From Chiloscyllium plagiosum (Eukaryota): a DNA stretch of 36,373 nucleotides. The stretch spans positions 55,044,862-55,081,234 of the forward strand of contig NC_057719.1 of assembly GCF_004010195.1 (NCBI RefSeq), given 5' to 3'. The notes below the pieces were generated by a model that searched no databases, was not told where the DNA came from, and saw only the letters and a list, made by a program, of their open reading frames with translations. Positions 21,798 through 33,860 of the stretch are shown here, piece after piece (position 1 is the first letter of the stretch; every line of letters starts with the position of its first letter). Both the position numbers and the translations under genes were made by a program.

Positions 21798-24022
21798 CTA
21801 TTCAACCATGATAGTCATGCCACCTAACACCTTCCTTATGGTCCCTGACTCATTTTTCTTCCCTCCTGCGGGGCAAGATGGTGCACAAGCAGAATCAGCA
21901 GGCGTTAACTGAGAAGTGACAGGGAACAGCTGCATGTCCAAAAGCCTCATGGATGAAATGGTGTTTACCATTATTAAGTTGACCATTGTTGAGGCAGTGA
22001 CAAAAAGCAGGACTGAATGAAAAAGATAACATGATTCTCATACTCAATTCTCCCTCTCACTTTCCACTTCACCCTCCGTATATACACTTTTCAGATTTTG
22101 AATTCTCAGTTGTCTCCAGATGGGTTAGGCATGCACATCTTGCTTTCCTCTGTCCACTCAACATCACCATCTCCTTGTGTCTCTTCCTCTGGGTTACACA
22201 CTGCAGTTTTCATCCATGTCACCAACAGATAGCCACTGTCATTCAGCAGCTACATTTTGGTTTGCTCAAATGTGCGTAACACTACAGGCAACTAAAGAAT
22301 GAAGACATCATGATTACTGCCAGCATGTTAAGCATTGGTCATCATGATTCTTTGTGCGTCGTCACATAATAGAACAATAACAGTCTGTTTTCTTTGTTGA
22401 TTTTGGAAGTGAAACGAAAGACCTATTCCATGTGTGATGATTGGAAGCATTACAAATTTATCTAATTTCATTTGGAACTGAGAAAGAATCAGAAAAACAT
22501 GGTTATTGTTTTATACAAAGAAGCTTTAAAATAAGTTTTGAATTCTTTGTCTGCATATTTGGAGCAGTTTGGATTACAACATATGGTTCGACCTGGGTTT
22601 GAGCTACAGGGAGAAATTATGTCATAGAGCAGGAGGCTGACATTAGCAAACAGTGAGGATCGCAGAGATTTCATATCTATGCCAGACATTAAGTGAAACC
22701 CATCAATCAGCTGACTGACTGCTTTCAATGGAAGATGAGCTTTGTTTTCAAATGAGGATTAAAAATAGGAGAAAAATGTGGCAGCAAGGTCTCGTGGTTA
22801 GGGTGGGGAGACTTGTAGGGTGGAGCTGCAGAAGAATCAACACGTTTTTGTGAAACACAGACTTTGATACGATAAAAGCATGTTTACTGAGTGATGCTGT
22901 GGACCTTCCTGCATCAGGGCAAACTAATCCTGTCGTGGACACCTCAAAGTATATGCAAATTCAGAGACTAACGTTGCTCCAAGATGTGAGTAAAGATACC
23001 TCTTGTTTGTCCTCATCCAGATGTTGAGTTCTTCCAATTACTACCTGCTTTTAATTTTGGGACTTTCAAAATTATTAGGTCAATCATTTGGTAAATTTGA
23101 GGAAAAACTGGGGAAACTGAATAGGAATTTAGAAACTGCGTTCTCCGTACAGGTCGCTTTGGGATTTTGTAACTTAATCATGATTCGACTGAGTAATTCC
23201 TCTTCTGTTGTACTAACCAAGTACATCACAGTGACTGGATGTTCATTGACCTTTCCCAATTGATTACTTGTGAGGGGAAAATTTCACTGAGATTTGATTC
23301 TATGGAGAAGAGTTGTCAAGAGTGAAAGTGGGCCTCTGTTTTCACCTCACTTATCGGTAACTCATGTTGATGGATCCTTTAGAAAGAGGTTCCAGCCCAT
23401 CCATTAGAGGTCAGACATTATTTTATTTAACCAAATCAAGTCAATAATAAAGTGTTGCTCAAATTTGCAAGGTGTTACATCATTATATGTTTTTATCTGT
23501 GATTAATGACCCTATTTTTTAATGTTGATCTAATGATCTGCAGTACTCTAGGATGGTATGTCTTTTTCTCTGTATTCAAATCAATTTGTCTTATCAGAAA
23601 CAAAAGAAAAATGGATGAGTGAGTTGATTTGTAGAAATAATTGGAGCACGGATAGTTTACCATACACTTGATATCGTTACAATAAAGTTTACTTCATAAC
23701 ATAAAAGCATATGAAATAGGAACAGCTCCTCAATGAAGTGACCCACTTTGGTAGAAAAAACAGGAAGATAGATTATTATCTGAATATTTAAGAAAGAGGA
23801 GGTGTAACCAGATATGAGTGTTCTTGTAGAATGTTGCTGAAAGTAAGCATGCCCCTGCAACAAGTGATAAAGAAAGCAAATGGCATGTTCGCCTTCATAG
23901 CAAGACAGTTTGAGTCCAAGAGCAGGGATTTTTTACTGCAATTTCAGGGCCTTGGTGAGGCCACATCTGAAGAATTATGTGCAGTTTTGGTCTCCTTATA
24001 TAAGGAAGGATGTTTTGGCAAC

Positions 24023-24249
24023 AGGAAAGGTAAAATCATGATAGCTTTACCAAACCCTAAGGCTACTCTCTCAATTGAGAGAGATGGTAGTGGTTTAACC
24101 TAAAGGTCAACATGCTTTAGGTGAGGGGAAAAGTTGAGAAGGAGAATCCTACATGGTGACCTCAACCTGGTGCAGGAAATTGAACCCACATTGTTGAACC
24201 CACTCTACATTGCAAATCAATTGTGCAGACAATTGTGCAACTGACCCCA
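24023..24249 (-). mobile_element. tRNA-derived SINE (third type) inserted in CR1
   Basis: Interrupts collinear CR1 sequence. Minus strand has a GGGTTCAATTTCC B-box-like motif, with a local ttgaaccca duplication. Confidence 0.65.
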
Positions 24250-24493
24250 TTATGAGTATGCAGGGAGTGCAACAATGGTTTACCAGACTGATCTCTGGGA
24301 TGCCATGACTGACATATGATGAGAGACTGGATCATTTTGGACTATATTCAGTGGAATTTAGAAGAATGAGGGAGATCTAATAGAGACGCATAGAATTCTA
24401 ACAGGAATAAACAGGGTGAATAAAAGAAGGGTGTACCTGATGACTGGGGAGTCTCAGACCAGGTGTCACAATCTAAGAATCTGAGGATATGGG

Positions 24494-24901
24494 TGTCATG
24501 CAAATTAAATTGACTCAACTCAAATGCTAGCAAGAGTAAAGAAAAAGCTTTATTTTTTAACCTCTGCATGCAGGGGGACCAATACACTTGGCAAAAGTGC
24601 CTTGTGTAAGGGCCCTGAACAAATTTCATATATTCATTTTGTACTATTCTTATCATACGCTCAAGGACAAGAGCTGGGAAACATCTTACTTTCTCATTCC
24701 CTTGCCGTGGATATAATTGTCTTTATGTTTCCCTTAGCTTTTGATGAATTTGACTGCTTGCAAGGTTAGGTTGAATGTTTTCAAAGTTCAGCAAAGCCAA
24801 GCTGTCTCCTCGACTGCAACATTCAGTAAAGCATTAAGTTTAGCAAAGCATTCTCTTTCAGATTTCACAGTAAATGTTAGTTTTGTTAATTTTCCATTAC
24901 A
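24494..24901 (-). mobile_element. Solo LTR (408 bp) with 5-bp TSD
   Basis: TG...CA termini. TSD ATGGG at 24489-24493 and 24902-24906. Minus-strand AATAAA ~60 bp from the end. CR1 resumes exactly after it. Confidence 0.8.
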
Positions 24902-25169
24902 ATGGGATAGACCATTTAGAACTAAGATGAGGATAAACGTCTTCACCCAGAGAGTGGTGAGCCTGTAGAATTCTCTGCTGCAGAAAGCAGTTTAGGCCAA
25001 AACATTGAATGTTTTCAAGAAGAAGTTAAACATTGTTCTTAGCTGTAAAGGCATCAAAGGTTTTAGGGATAAAGTGGGAATGTGGTGCTGACATGGATGG
25101 TCAGCTATGATTATAATGAATGGCAGAGCAAGCTCGAAAAGTTGAATGCCCTATTCCGGGTTCTCAAGC

Positions 25170-25263
25170 GTGACCCACCATTCAACAAGAACATGGCTGC
25201 TGTGCCTTGGCCTCAACTCCTCAGAATAGCCCTTAACTCACTGTTATTTCAAAAATCAATCTA
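25170..25263 (-). mobile_element. CR1 3' UTR fragment
   Basis: Similar to 27878-27980. Confidence 0.55.
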
Positions 25264-26056
25264 ATGTACAATATTTTAATTAAAAATCTGGAATAGAACT
25301 TATTTCAATGTCATTGGATTCTTAATGAATATAGATATGATCTTGATGACTTTGCTTCAAGACTGCACAAATGCTTGAAATAAAATCGGACATAAATAAT
25401 TTAGGCCACTTACATTCCTGCTGTTGTTGAATAATACAGTAGTATTGTTATACCTGAATCTCTTGTTGGCTTCCAATAAATCATTGTTCCACTTCGATAA
25501 GCGACATAAAATATTAACGTTAGTAACCAATTGTAGTCTAAAAGAATGCAAAATTACAGTTCAGATTAATGCTTCAAAACAACTGCACCACATTGTAGAG
25601 TTGCATTATGAAAGCTTTGCTGCTTTTTTTCACCTTTTATGCAAAATTCTGAATACTTTAATGCCATGTCATGTTGCAATATATTTAATTTCACCATCAA
25701 TGAATGTTGCCAGTTTCATGCTCCAATTGTTTTCAATTGTGAAGAAGCAGATGGCTTTATTATGTTGAAGACAGGCTGTAGTTGTTAGGTGAAGGGCAAA
25801 AACAGGCTGTTCCAGAGAATTTATACAAACCACATTAACCTTGGCCATGTAATCCTCTGAGAAGTTAACTAACAGCATCGCAATCTACTTGGGAAAGCAC
25901 ACTGATACTTATGCACCATCCTCCTATTTCCAGGATCATCATATATTTAAAGATTTAATCAAATTACTCAAAATCCTCAATTTCCCAATCTGATATACTC
26001 AAGTAACAGAAAACACTGACCAAGTTTGTGCACTTAACCAGAATTTTAAAAAAAAT

Positions 26057-26186
26057 AAAAGCAAATTACTGCGGATGCAGTAATTTGACAAAGGTTAAGT
26101 TAGACTCGAAACGTCAGCTCTTTTCTCTCCTTACAGATGCTGCCAGACCTGCTGAGATTTTCCAGCATTTTCTCTTTTGGTTTTTT
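26057..26186. mobile_element. Very short PLE-derived element: inverted tail piece, perfect hairpin, and sense pLTR end with a partial hammerhead
   Basis: aaaagcaaattactgcggatgc (antisense tail) followed by tgacaaaggttaagttagactcGAAACGTCagc...cagatgctgccagacctgctgagattttccagca. Confidence 0.7.
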
Positions 26187-26199
26187 CTTAAATGGCAAT

Positions 26200-26818
26200 G
26201 TATGAAGTATCAACTTGTAACTCTCGAACTTAAACCCTACTCTTAAACCCCACTACAACCATATAGACAAACATAGACAAACAAAAAGAAACTAGACATT
26301 ACCAGAGGAGAAAATGTTGGGGAAGCAGGATTCAATGATGTTTTCTTTTGCTTCTTCACAGTCCTCCTGATCTCCAATCTTCTTTCCATGTCCGTTCAAT
26401 TCTTCACTGCAGGCACACAGCAACTGACGCACTAATTGTTTAGTCTCTCTAAGTCACTAGTTAGATGCAACAGCTCATTGGCAAATGGTGAGTGAGAACA
26501 GCAATTTTTTTTGTTATTCAGCAGGAAGTGAAAGGATGCTTACTTTTTAGCGTTTGAAAGCTTTCATCTGTGATGTTGTTTACACACAAGCTTTCCACCT
26601 GCCCAAGAGCCAGAGAGTTGTCATGCTGAGCACATCTGACCTACACAACTGGTCCTGTTTGAAAAAAAAAATCAACAGGTGATCTATGGGCAAAACTGAC
26701 CTGAACACACCCATGGTACTGGTGCAACCAGGAATTTTCCCTCACTGTATGAGAAAAAAAGCAACCTTGGAGATACAACTCATAATTAATTCTAATAACT
26801 TGTTTTAACATTGTAACA
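26200..26818 (-). mobile_element. Possible LTR-like remnant
   Basis: Minus strand starts TGTTACAATGTTAAAACAAGTTAT, loosely like the other LTR 5' ends. The other boundary is undefined. Confidence 0.3.
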
Positions 26819-27408
26819 TTTGCTTTCACAACCTTTGGTTTAAAGTAACATCTTTTTTCCCATTTTTGTGTGTCATCCAAATGTAAAGGAAAATGAAAAG
26901 ATGTGTCTTTATAACAGCAAAAGTCTTAAATACCAACACAAGCAAACGGTTATTGTGTTTAACCAAATTGAATGAAATAAATGAGTAATGACTATTTAAT
27001 AATCCTTGGTTTTTCTCCACAATTCTTCCACCCACAAATACCACATAATAAGAAGTGGTGCAGACTGGAATTCAATGACACCCCACAAAATAGTTTGTCA
27101 TGGTATCATGGCATCTTTGCTAATGCCACAAGGTACAATAATGAAACAATCCATTAGACCCAGGAGAACAAACTTCCAGAAGACCAAGTAATTTTACAGC
27201 TTTATACACTTCACCACTTTAAGAACTATGCAGACAGCTAGCAGTCTTAAGCTCTTTGGCAAATAAGCAGTCAATAGGGAACTAATGGAAAGATCAACAA
27301 AGTCAAAAAGCATTGTAGGCTAAAGGCTTTACTTCAGACCAGATATGAAATGCAGATGAAGTGTGTATTATAAAGCTTTAAGACTTGTCACAACTGACTG
27401 TCATAGAT

Positions 27409-27710
27409 GGTTGGCACAGTGGTTAGCACTGCTGCCTCACAGCGCCAGAGACCTGGGTTCAATTCCCACCTCAGGCGACTGACTGTGTGGAGTTTGCACT
27501 TTCTCCCTGTGTCTACGTGGGTTTCCTCCGGGTGCTCCGGTTTCCTCCCACAGTCCAAAGATGTGCAGGGTCAGGTGAATTGGCCATGCTAAATTGCCCG
27601 TAGTGTTAGGTAAGAGGTAAATGTAGGGGTATGGGTGGGTTGCACTTCAGCGGGTCGGTGTGGACTTGTTGGGCCGAAGGGCCTGTTTCCACACTGTAAT
27701 GTAATCTAAA
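27409..27710 (+). mobile_element. HE1-type V-SINE
   Basis: Highly similar to 17882-18203. Confidence 0.92.
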
Positions 27711-27820
27711 AATTTAATTACATTGAGAAGCTAGAAGTCAAGGCTAGTAAGCAAACATATCAGAGGTCTATGAGTTAACTAAGAATCCATTGTAGGCAAG
27801 GAGAAAAATGTTAAATTAAT

Positions 27821-28082
27821 ATCATAAAAACGTAAGAACTCAGAGCAGGAGTAGGCCATTTGGCCCTTCGAGCCTGCTCCACCATTCAGTAAGATCATGG
27901 GTGATCTTAGCATGGCCTCAGCTCCACTTACCCGCCCTGTCACCATAACCCTTAATTACTTTACTGTTTAAAAAATTATCTCTCTTAACCTTAAAAACAT
28001 TCAATGAAGAAGTCTCAACTACTTCACTGGGCAGGGAATTCCATAAACTCTCAACCCTCTGGGTGAAGCAGTTCCTTCTTAG
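27821..28082 (-). mobile_element. CR1 LINE 3' end
   Basis: RRNCFTQRVESLWNSLPSEVVETSSLNVFKVKRDNFLNSKVIKGYG plus 3' UTR. Confidence 0.88.
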
Positions 28083-28371
28083 TGGTATAAGGAAACAGGC
28101 TAAGAACATCAGCTATAATAATAGGAGCACTTACAGCTCACAATATTTGTTGCCAATGTAACAAGCAGACTGCATGACAGAAGGCTACCACCTCTCATCT
28201 ATTGGAACTATATGTCAATAAAGCCTGCCTGGCTTTTTGCATTTGAGTGCAGTGCTCCATCATGATGATGTTCCTCCTGCTCAATGTTCTCATTTTCCTC
28301 CTCAGAAGACTATTGCCATTCTCCCAGCTCTTCAGTATCCAGCAGATTCTCCTTTTGCCTGCTCCAATTGT

Positions 28372-28665
28372 ACAAAGTAGACAGGCAGGAGGCTGGAAGG
28401 ACACAGCAAGGCAGGCAGCATCAGGACATGCAGAAGTCGATGTTTCAGGTATAACCCTTCTTCAGAACGGGGGGTGAGCGTTGGGGCAGCTGCAGATAAA
28501 GGTGGGGGCAGGGCAGGGCAGAGAGGGGATAGGTGAAGACAGGTAGAGGGTATGACCTAGTTGGTCAATGGGAGGAAGTTGGGGAATGGAGAGGAAGGTT
28601 ATTCAAAATTGGAGAACTCGATATTGAGTCCTCTGGGCTGCAGGGTGCTCAGACGGAAGATAAGG
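28372..28665 (-). mobile_element. PLE pLTR/endonuclease end (subfamily C) with hammerhead motif at 28436-28468
   Basis: Minus strand LQPRGLNIEFSNF-like end and GTT-CTGAAGA-A-GGGT-TAT-ACCT-GAAA-CATC-GAC. Confidence 0.75.
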
Positions 28666-28945
28666 TACCGTACAGAGTACAGCCAGGCTGGGATTATACA
28701 ACGTGCTTTGTCTAAACTGCACTACAACGTAAGATTCTCCCCATTTTTCCAAACTAGTCCAAACCATATAAATCTCAGCAGGTGGCCTCTCACCTGTTCC
28801 ATGATGGTTCTGGTAAAACAATGGCTGCATGTATTTATACACAGCCTCAGTCAGAGGTTTGTACAATAGAATGATCAACTATAGTGGCAGAGGATAGCTC
28901 TGTTACCAGTAACTCTTTTTGTAAGACATCCAGCCCTTGATTATC

Positions 28946-29576
28946 TGTGACAAAGCTGCTCCTTTAATAAAGTTATGCAGTCCTTCGTTTTTTTTCAGAA
29001 AGTTTGCAAATGACACAGACTCTGAAAAGTATGAAGGTTGAAGAGTTTTAGGGCCAGTTTGGTAATAGCTAACAGATACTGCCTCAGGAAAAAAGGCTTT
29101 CAAGTTTTAAAAAAAACACTTGTACAATGAAAAGGGTGTGGTCAGTTCTCCCAGCTCAGCTTTTCTCTGACTTTGATTTTTTTTAGCAGTAGTGGAAAAA
29201 CTACTCGACCTGGAAGCAGTTCCAGGCTAGTACTCTCCTTCGACTTCTGTCCTGTAAGACTCTGTATTTCATATCACCTTTTGTGCCAAAGGGTGTTTTG
29301 GGGGATTGTTGCAAATATTTGGAACAGCATCATTAAGTTGGGATGTTCTGTTGAGTTTTTTGATCTTTGGTATTTTTGGAATATTTGGTATTCTGTTTTC
29401 TGTTGTTTCATTCAGTAATCTTGTAAATAAATTCTGTTTTGTTTAAATCTAAGTGGTTTGATCAGCTGCATCTCTCCTGGAATATCCACTATACACCTGC
29501 TTAAAACAACAAGCAAATTTAGAGTCTGGGCTACTTTCTTGAAATGTTTTGAGGGGTTCTGGCCTGGTCTATAACA
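28946..29576 (+). mobile_element. Solo LTR (631 bp)
   Basis: TGTGACA...ATAACA termini, AATAAA near 29426, homology to 12260-12875, and flanks TATC/GATC. Confidence 0.78.
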
Positions 29577-29884
29577 GATCCCCTCACAGTGGGACATGGA
29601 GAACTCAAAGACAGAATGATTCTACATGGAATATGAGCACAGGTACATTTATTCCAATTAATGCAGCACAAGCCAGGCCATACAAATAGAGTAAGAGATT
29701 GTAAATGTTGTATGATTACTGCGACCTTGTTCTCCCACTGCCAGATATCTCCCAACTCCTCACATCACTCAAGAAAGTGAATATTGCATAAGAGAGCATG
29801 TTGGTAAATAGTTATCTCAAGGTTAAAGGAAATCAACTCTATGCAATCTGAGATATCAGATTGTGAATTGTGGTGTTAGACCTA

Positions 29885-29990
29885 TTCTCTCTTTCAATGT
29901 GGCTATAAATTCAATTGTATTATGATCATTGCTACCTAGAGATGTCTTTACTGTGAGGTCATTAATTGTAAGGCTGATAACATTTGGCAT
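29885..29990 (-). pseudogene. CR1 endonuclease C-terminal fragment
   Basis: INDLTVKTSLGSNDHNTIEF matches the APE LGxSDHxxIxF motif. Confidence 0.6.
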
Positions 29991-30399
29991 CAAAGATTGT
30001 ATTGTGGAATTGTGACCGGTCAGTAACTTGCAGTAACCCACATCTCCTGGGTGTAGGGTAAACACCACAGATAATGACTGAAAACAATTTGTTTTTAAAT
30101 GTGCAGCTATTCGTTACACAGTGCTTGGTTTAAAACCAGCCCTGTATCCAGTTCATTCCACAATTAAAAATACAGACAATAAAGTGTTCATCTCCACACC
30201 ATAGCATCCCTCTTGACTAAATCTAGTCCCATCCCAACAGTTGCCATCGGCAGATCAACTCAGTGGATATCTGCTGATAGACCAATATCCTGGCACTACG
30301 CCCTGTTTAAAAGGTTGTTATGAATATGGGTGACTTGTCTTTCTGATGCTGATCTTCATGGTGACTGACAATCATTCTGAAAATGTTGAAGGGGAAAAT

Positions 30400-30605
30400 G
30401 GTGCCATGATTCTCCAACAGGGACTTGGAGCTTTTGCTGGACAAGGTGGTCCAGAGGAGGGCTGTCATCTTCCCTGAGGAGGCCAAACCATTATACCTTA
30501 GCACCCTGGTCTGAGGTTGCAGTCCAGGGCCATGGAGTCTTTACAGTGTGGATGAATGGCCAGCGATACTCAAACAAGCTTAATGACTATCTCCAATTCT
30601 GCAAC
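30400..30605 (+). mobile_element. Probable Harbinger-associated Myb/SANT-like ORF remnant
   Basis: VP*FSNRDLELLLDKVVQRRAVIFPE...PWSEVAVQ...KLNDYLQ resembles the FSxxELxxLLxxV...W.EVA...KxNDL pattern. Confidence 0.5.
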
Positions 30606-30769
30606 AGTGTCACTCCATCTTGTTTTCCCTACACCATCTCCCTATTCCCTGCTTTCTTTGGTCACACCCCATAGACTGGCTGCATTTCATTTACCTGAGT
30701 CACTTATCCTGACAGCCCTGGACAAGAAATGGACTGACTGATGTCTATATCTTCTCATCTACATTAAAC

Positions 30770-30900
30770 TAGCCCTCTGATTTTTGACCTTCCACCAAGG
30801 GAACAGTTTTTCTCTATCTACTTTATACAGATCCCCCACAATTTTGAATAACTATCCAAATTACTGTTAACCTTCTCTTATCCAAGAAATGCAATTCAGT
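30770..30900 (-). mobile_element. Old CR1 RT C-terminal fragment
   Basis: Minus strand resembles RRLxGxLxxxFKIxxGxxxVDREKLFPLVEGSKIRG. Confidence 0.55.
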
Positions 30901-32009
30901 ATTGCCTTGGATTAGTTGTCAACAATAAGTTCTACAAGCACAGCCTGAATATTTTCTGCATTAGACCAAAACTGCAAGAACATACTGTTGAGCCTACTGG
31001 ATACTGTGGTATTGCAGATGCTGTGATGTGTTGAATTACTTCATGGAAAATGATTTTACAATCAAGTCAGTGCGACTACGCAAATGTGAACTAATAATAT
31101 AGATTCTGAGCTGCATGGCACTAATCTTAGAAAGTTAGACCACTAAAAATCTTCTAGATTCCAAATTGACTTTGACTGCCTTCTTCAAAGAAGGAAAGAG
31201 AGAGAAAACATGCACAATCAATACAAACACCAAACGTTTCACCTCTGTCTCCTTCCAGCTCACTGGTTTACTAAACAGCCATTTCAAATCTACCAGTTAA
31301 GTTAAGAAGTTTTTCTTTTAGAGTAGAGTAACAATAATTACTTTAGTTAGTTAATCCCATTTGACACCTTTAAAATTAAAACAGTAAAGACATGTCTATT
31401 TCTAGAAAGTCTCAAATCAATAAGAATACATAATTAAAATGGATAGTATTTCAACCAGAACTTTGCAAAGGAGATCCTGATCGTATTTCATTTTTTTTGA
31501 TTATTTAAGAATTGCATCTTTTTGAATGTTTGATATGAAGAAAGAAAGCCTTGCATTAAGTAACTACTGATACTTTTCAAATTAACGTTTTGAGGGTAAT
31601 TGTCACAGATTGAAATGTCAGATATGTACAATAGGTGCTTTCACCAAAGTATTGATTCAAACCATTCTGATTCAGATTGGTAAATCACAATTAACCCTTC
31701 CTGTTTTAAGTTGCTGAGAAGGTGATTGTGTTCTTCAGAAGATTTCTATTATTAATACTTGGATCAAATTGAACAAGTGGAATGTTCACAGAAATATTTT
31801 ATGCTAGGAGCTTGAGATATTATTGGAAGAGGCATTTCCACTTTCCATTTAACTCATCCTTCAAGCCTGTATGAACAGCACTAGCAATTTAACACGGGTT
31901 CTGGAAAGGAATCTAACTCTAGTCCTGGAAGGAATCGCAATCTAATTTTTGATGGAAAGCTGTCTTTCAACAGACAGATTCCACTCCCGAAGTGGAACAT
32001 TGTTAAACA

Positions 32010-32869
32010 TGCTGCAAAATCCAGACAATATCAAACTCAGCCCTGTCAACTTTGCAAAATTCTTCTTATTAACATCTGGGGTCGAGGAGGGGTTGGCGGG
32101 GGGGGGGGGGGGGGGTGGGGGGGTAATACCAAAATTGGGAGAGCTGTTTCACAGACTAGTCAAGCTACATCCTGATATTGTCTCTAAGATATGATTCCGT
32201 GAGAATGACTATGTCCCAAACACCACATCGGCATTCCTGGGTATGTCCTATTCCAGCAGAACAGATGCAGCAGAAATAGCAGCACAGGGTATACATTTAG
32301 GAGTGAGTTATCCTACAACATTGAATGTGACTCCATAAACGCTCATGGCATTGGATCAAACATAAGCAAGGAAACATTCTGCTGAATAGTGGACATGCCC
32401 AAATCCCAGACTACTCATCCACCACTCATCCTTCATCCTTTGGTAATTTCATGTTTCTCCCAGATTGTCATCCTCATGAAATGTACTGCATCATGATGTT
32501 AAAAATGCTAAAAAGCTGTGGAACATGTGTACTATGGGCTCTGCCTGGGCCACTCAGCTCCTGATCTCAGTACAGCTTTAGTACAAACAAGAAAAAATGA
32601 GCTGAAGTCAAAAGGAAATTTGAGAGTGAATGTCCTTGATATCAAAGCAATTTTGATCGACCTTTTGCATCAAGAAGCCCTAGCAAAACTGAAGACAATG
32701 GAACAACTCTCTGTTCATTGCAATCATAGCTAGCACAAAGGGTGATTGTTGTTGAGGTACATCATCTCAAACCCTGGACATCTCTGCAGGAGTTCCTCAG
32801 GATGGTATCCTAGGCCCAATCATCTTTAATTATTTCATCAATGACCTGTGCCATCATAGGTCAGAAGTG
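32010..32869 (+). mobile_element. CR1-group LINE (second family) endonuclease and RT fragments, decayed
   Basis: PKLGELFHRLVKLHPDIV; GLCLGHSAPDLSTALVQT..ELKSKGNLRVNVLDIKA; AGVPQDGILGPIIFNYFINDL. Poly-G run at ~32085-32123. Confidence 0.8.
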
Positions 32870-32871
32870 AC

Positions 32872-33484
32872 TGTCTACAGTTTCTTATGGTCCCGCGCAG
32901 AGCAGTTGCTATACCAGCATGTTATGCACCTGATTAGCTTGCATCTGTAAAAGATGGTGAGAGTCTGTATGGACATGCTGAATTTCCTGAGCTGCCTGAG
33001 GATGAAGAGGCATTGTTGTGCCTTCTTGAATGTCACATCTATGTGGGAAATCCAGAACAGGTTATTGGTTATTGCCATTCTGAGGAACCGGATGCTCTCA
33101 ACCCTCTCCACCTCAACTCTATTGATGTACATAGCAGCGTGCCCTCCTCCTTTCTTCCTAAATTCAATGATCAATTCTTTTGTTTTGCTGACATTGAGAA
33201 AGAGATTGTTATCATTGCGCCATGACACCAAGCTCTCTGTCTCATTCCTATATTCTGACTCATCGTTGTTTGATATCTGTCCTACCACGGTGGTGTTGTC
33301 AGCAAGCTTGTAGATGCTATTCATGCAGAATTTTGCTACACAGTGAGATTAGCCTGGAGGAGATAATGGTGTTGAAGGCAGAGCTGTAGTCGATGAGTAG
33401 GAGTCTGGCGTAGGTGTCCTTGTTATCCAAATGTTCCAGGGATGAATGGAGGGCAAGAGAAATGGCATCCACTGTGGACCTGTT
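32872..33484 (-). mobile_element. Rex1/Babar-type LINE RT fragment (inverted part)
   Basis: [49 protein letters not shown], homologous to 18810-19590. Confidence 0.9.
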
Positions 33485-33557
33485 TCAAAGCTTTTTACTT
33501 TACTTAGATACTACAATAAATCAAATCAAATCAACAATAAGTCAAATCAAATCAAAA
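33485..33557 (+). mobile_element. Rex1/Babar-type 3' tail in sense orientation with (TCAAA)n repeats
   Basis: caaagctttttactttacttagatactacaataaatcaaatcaaatc resembles 19944-19996. Confidence 0.7.
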
Positions 33558-33599
33558 TATAATTTGAATTGATGATCTTTTGGCCTTTCATGTCTTTGT

Positions 33600-33860
33600 A
33601 TGTTTCAAAGTATTTCACAGTCAGTGAAGTACTAGTTTAGTATTGAGAAACAAAGCAGCTTATTTGCTCATAAAAAGCAATAAGATATTAATCAGATGAT
33701 CTAGTTCTGTTGGCCGATATATCATTTTTCTCAGAACTCGTCTTGATGCAATTTGGTATGATTTCTTGGGTGGTCAGAATGCAGTACCTGTCTGGCCTCA
33801 GTTTCACTGTTCATGATGTAGAATAACTTGTTTTGTTCTTTTCTGCACTGTGCTCTTATA
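33600..33860 (-). mobile_element. Old SINE remnant, possibly Deu-domain type
   Basis: caaagtatttcacagtcagtgaagtact...cagatgatct...ggcctcagtttcactgttcat resembles the recalled antisense DeuSINE pattern. Very decayed. Confidence 0.35.

Larger units (their letters stand above)
23735..25160 (+). mobile_element. CR1 LINE 3' portion (RT C-terminus + 3' UTR), interrupted by a SINE and a solo LTR
   Basis: QQVIKKANGMFAFIARQFESKSRDFLLQ, LVRPHL, CAVLVS/QFWSP, EFRRMRGDLIETHRILTG and FTQRVVSL. Confidence 0.88.

Noticed and set aside
22434..22481. C/D-box snoRNA-like words GTGATGA...CTGA
   Set aside because: Under 50 nt between the boxes and no terminal stem.
32085..32123. Poly-G run as a functional G-quadruplex or Gly-rich coding segment
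   Set aside because: It is a homopolymer expansion inside a dead LINE, and its length is unreliable in assemblies.
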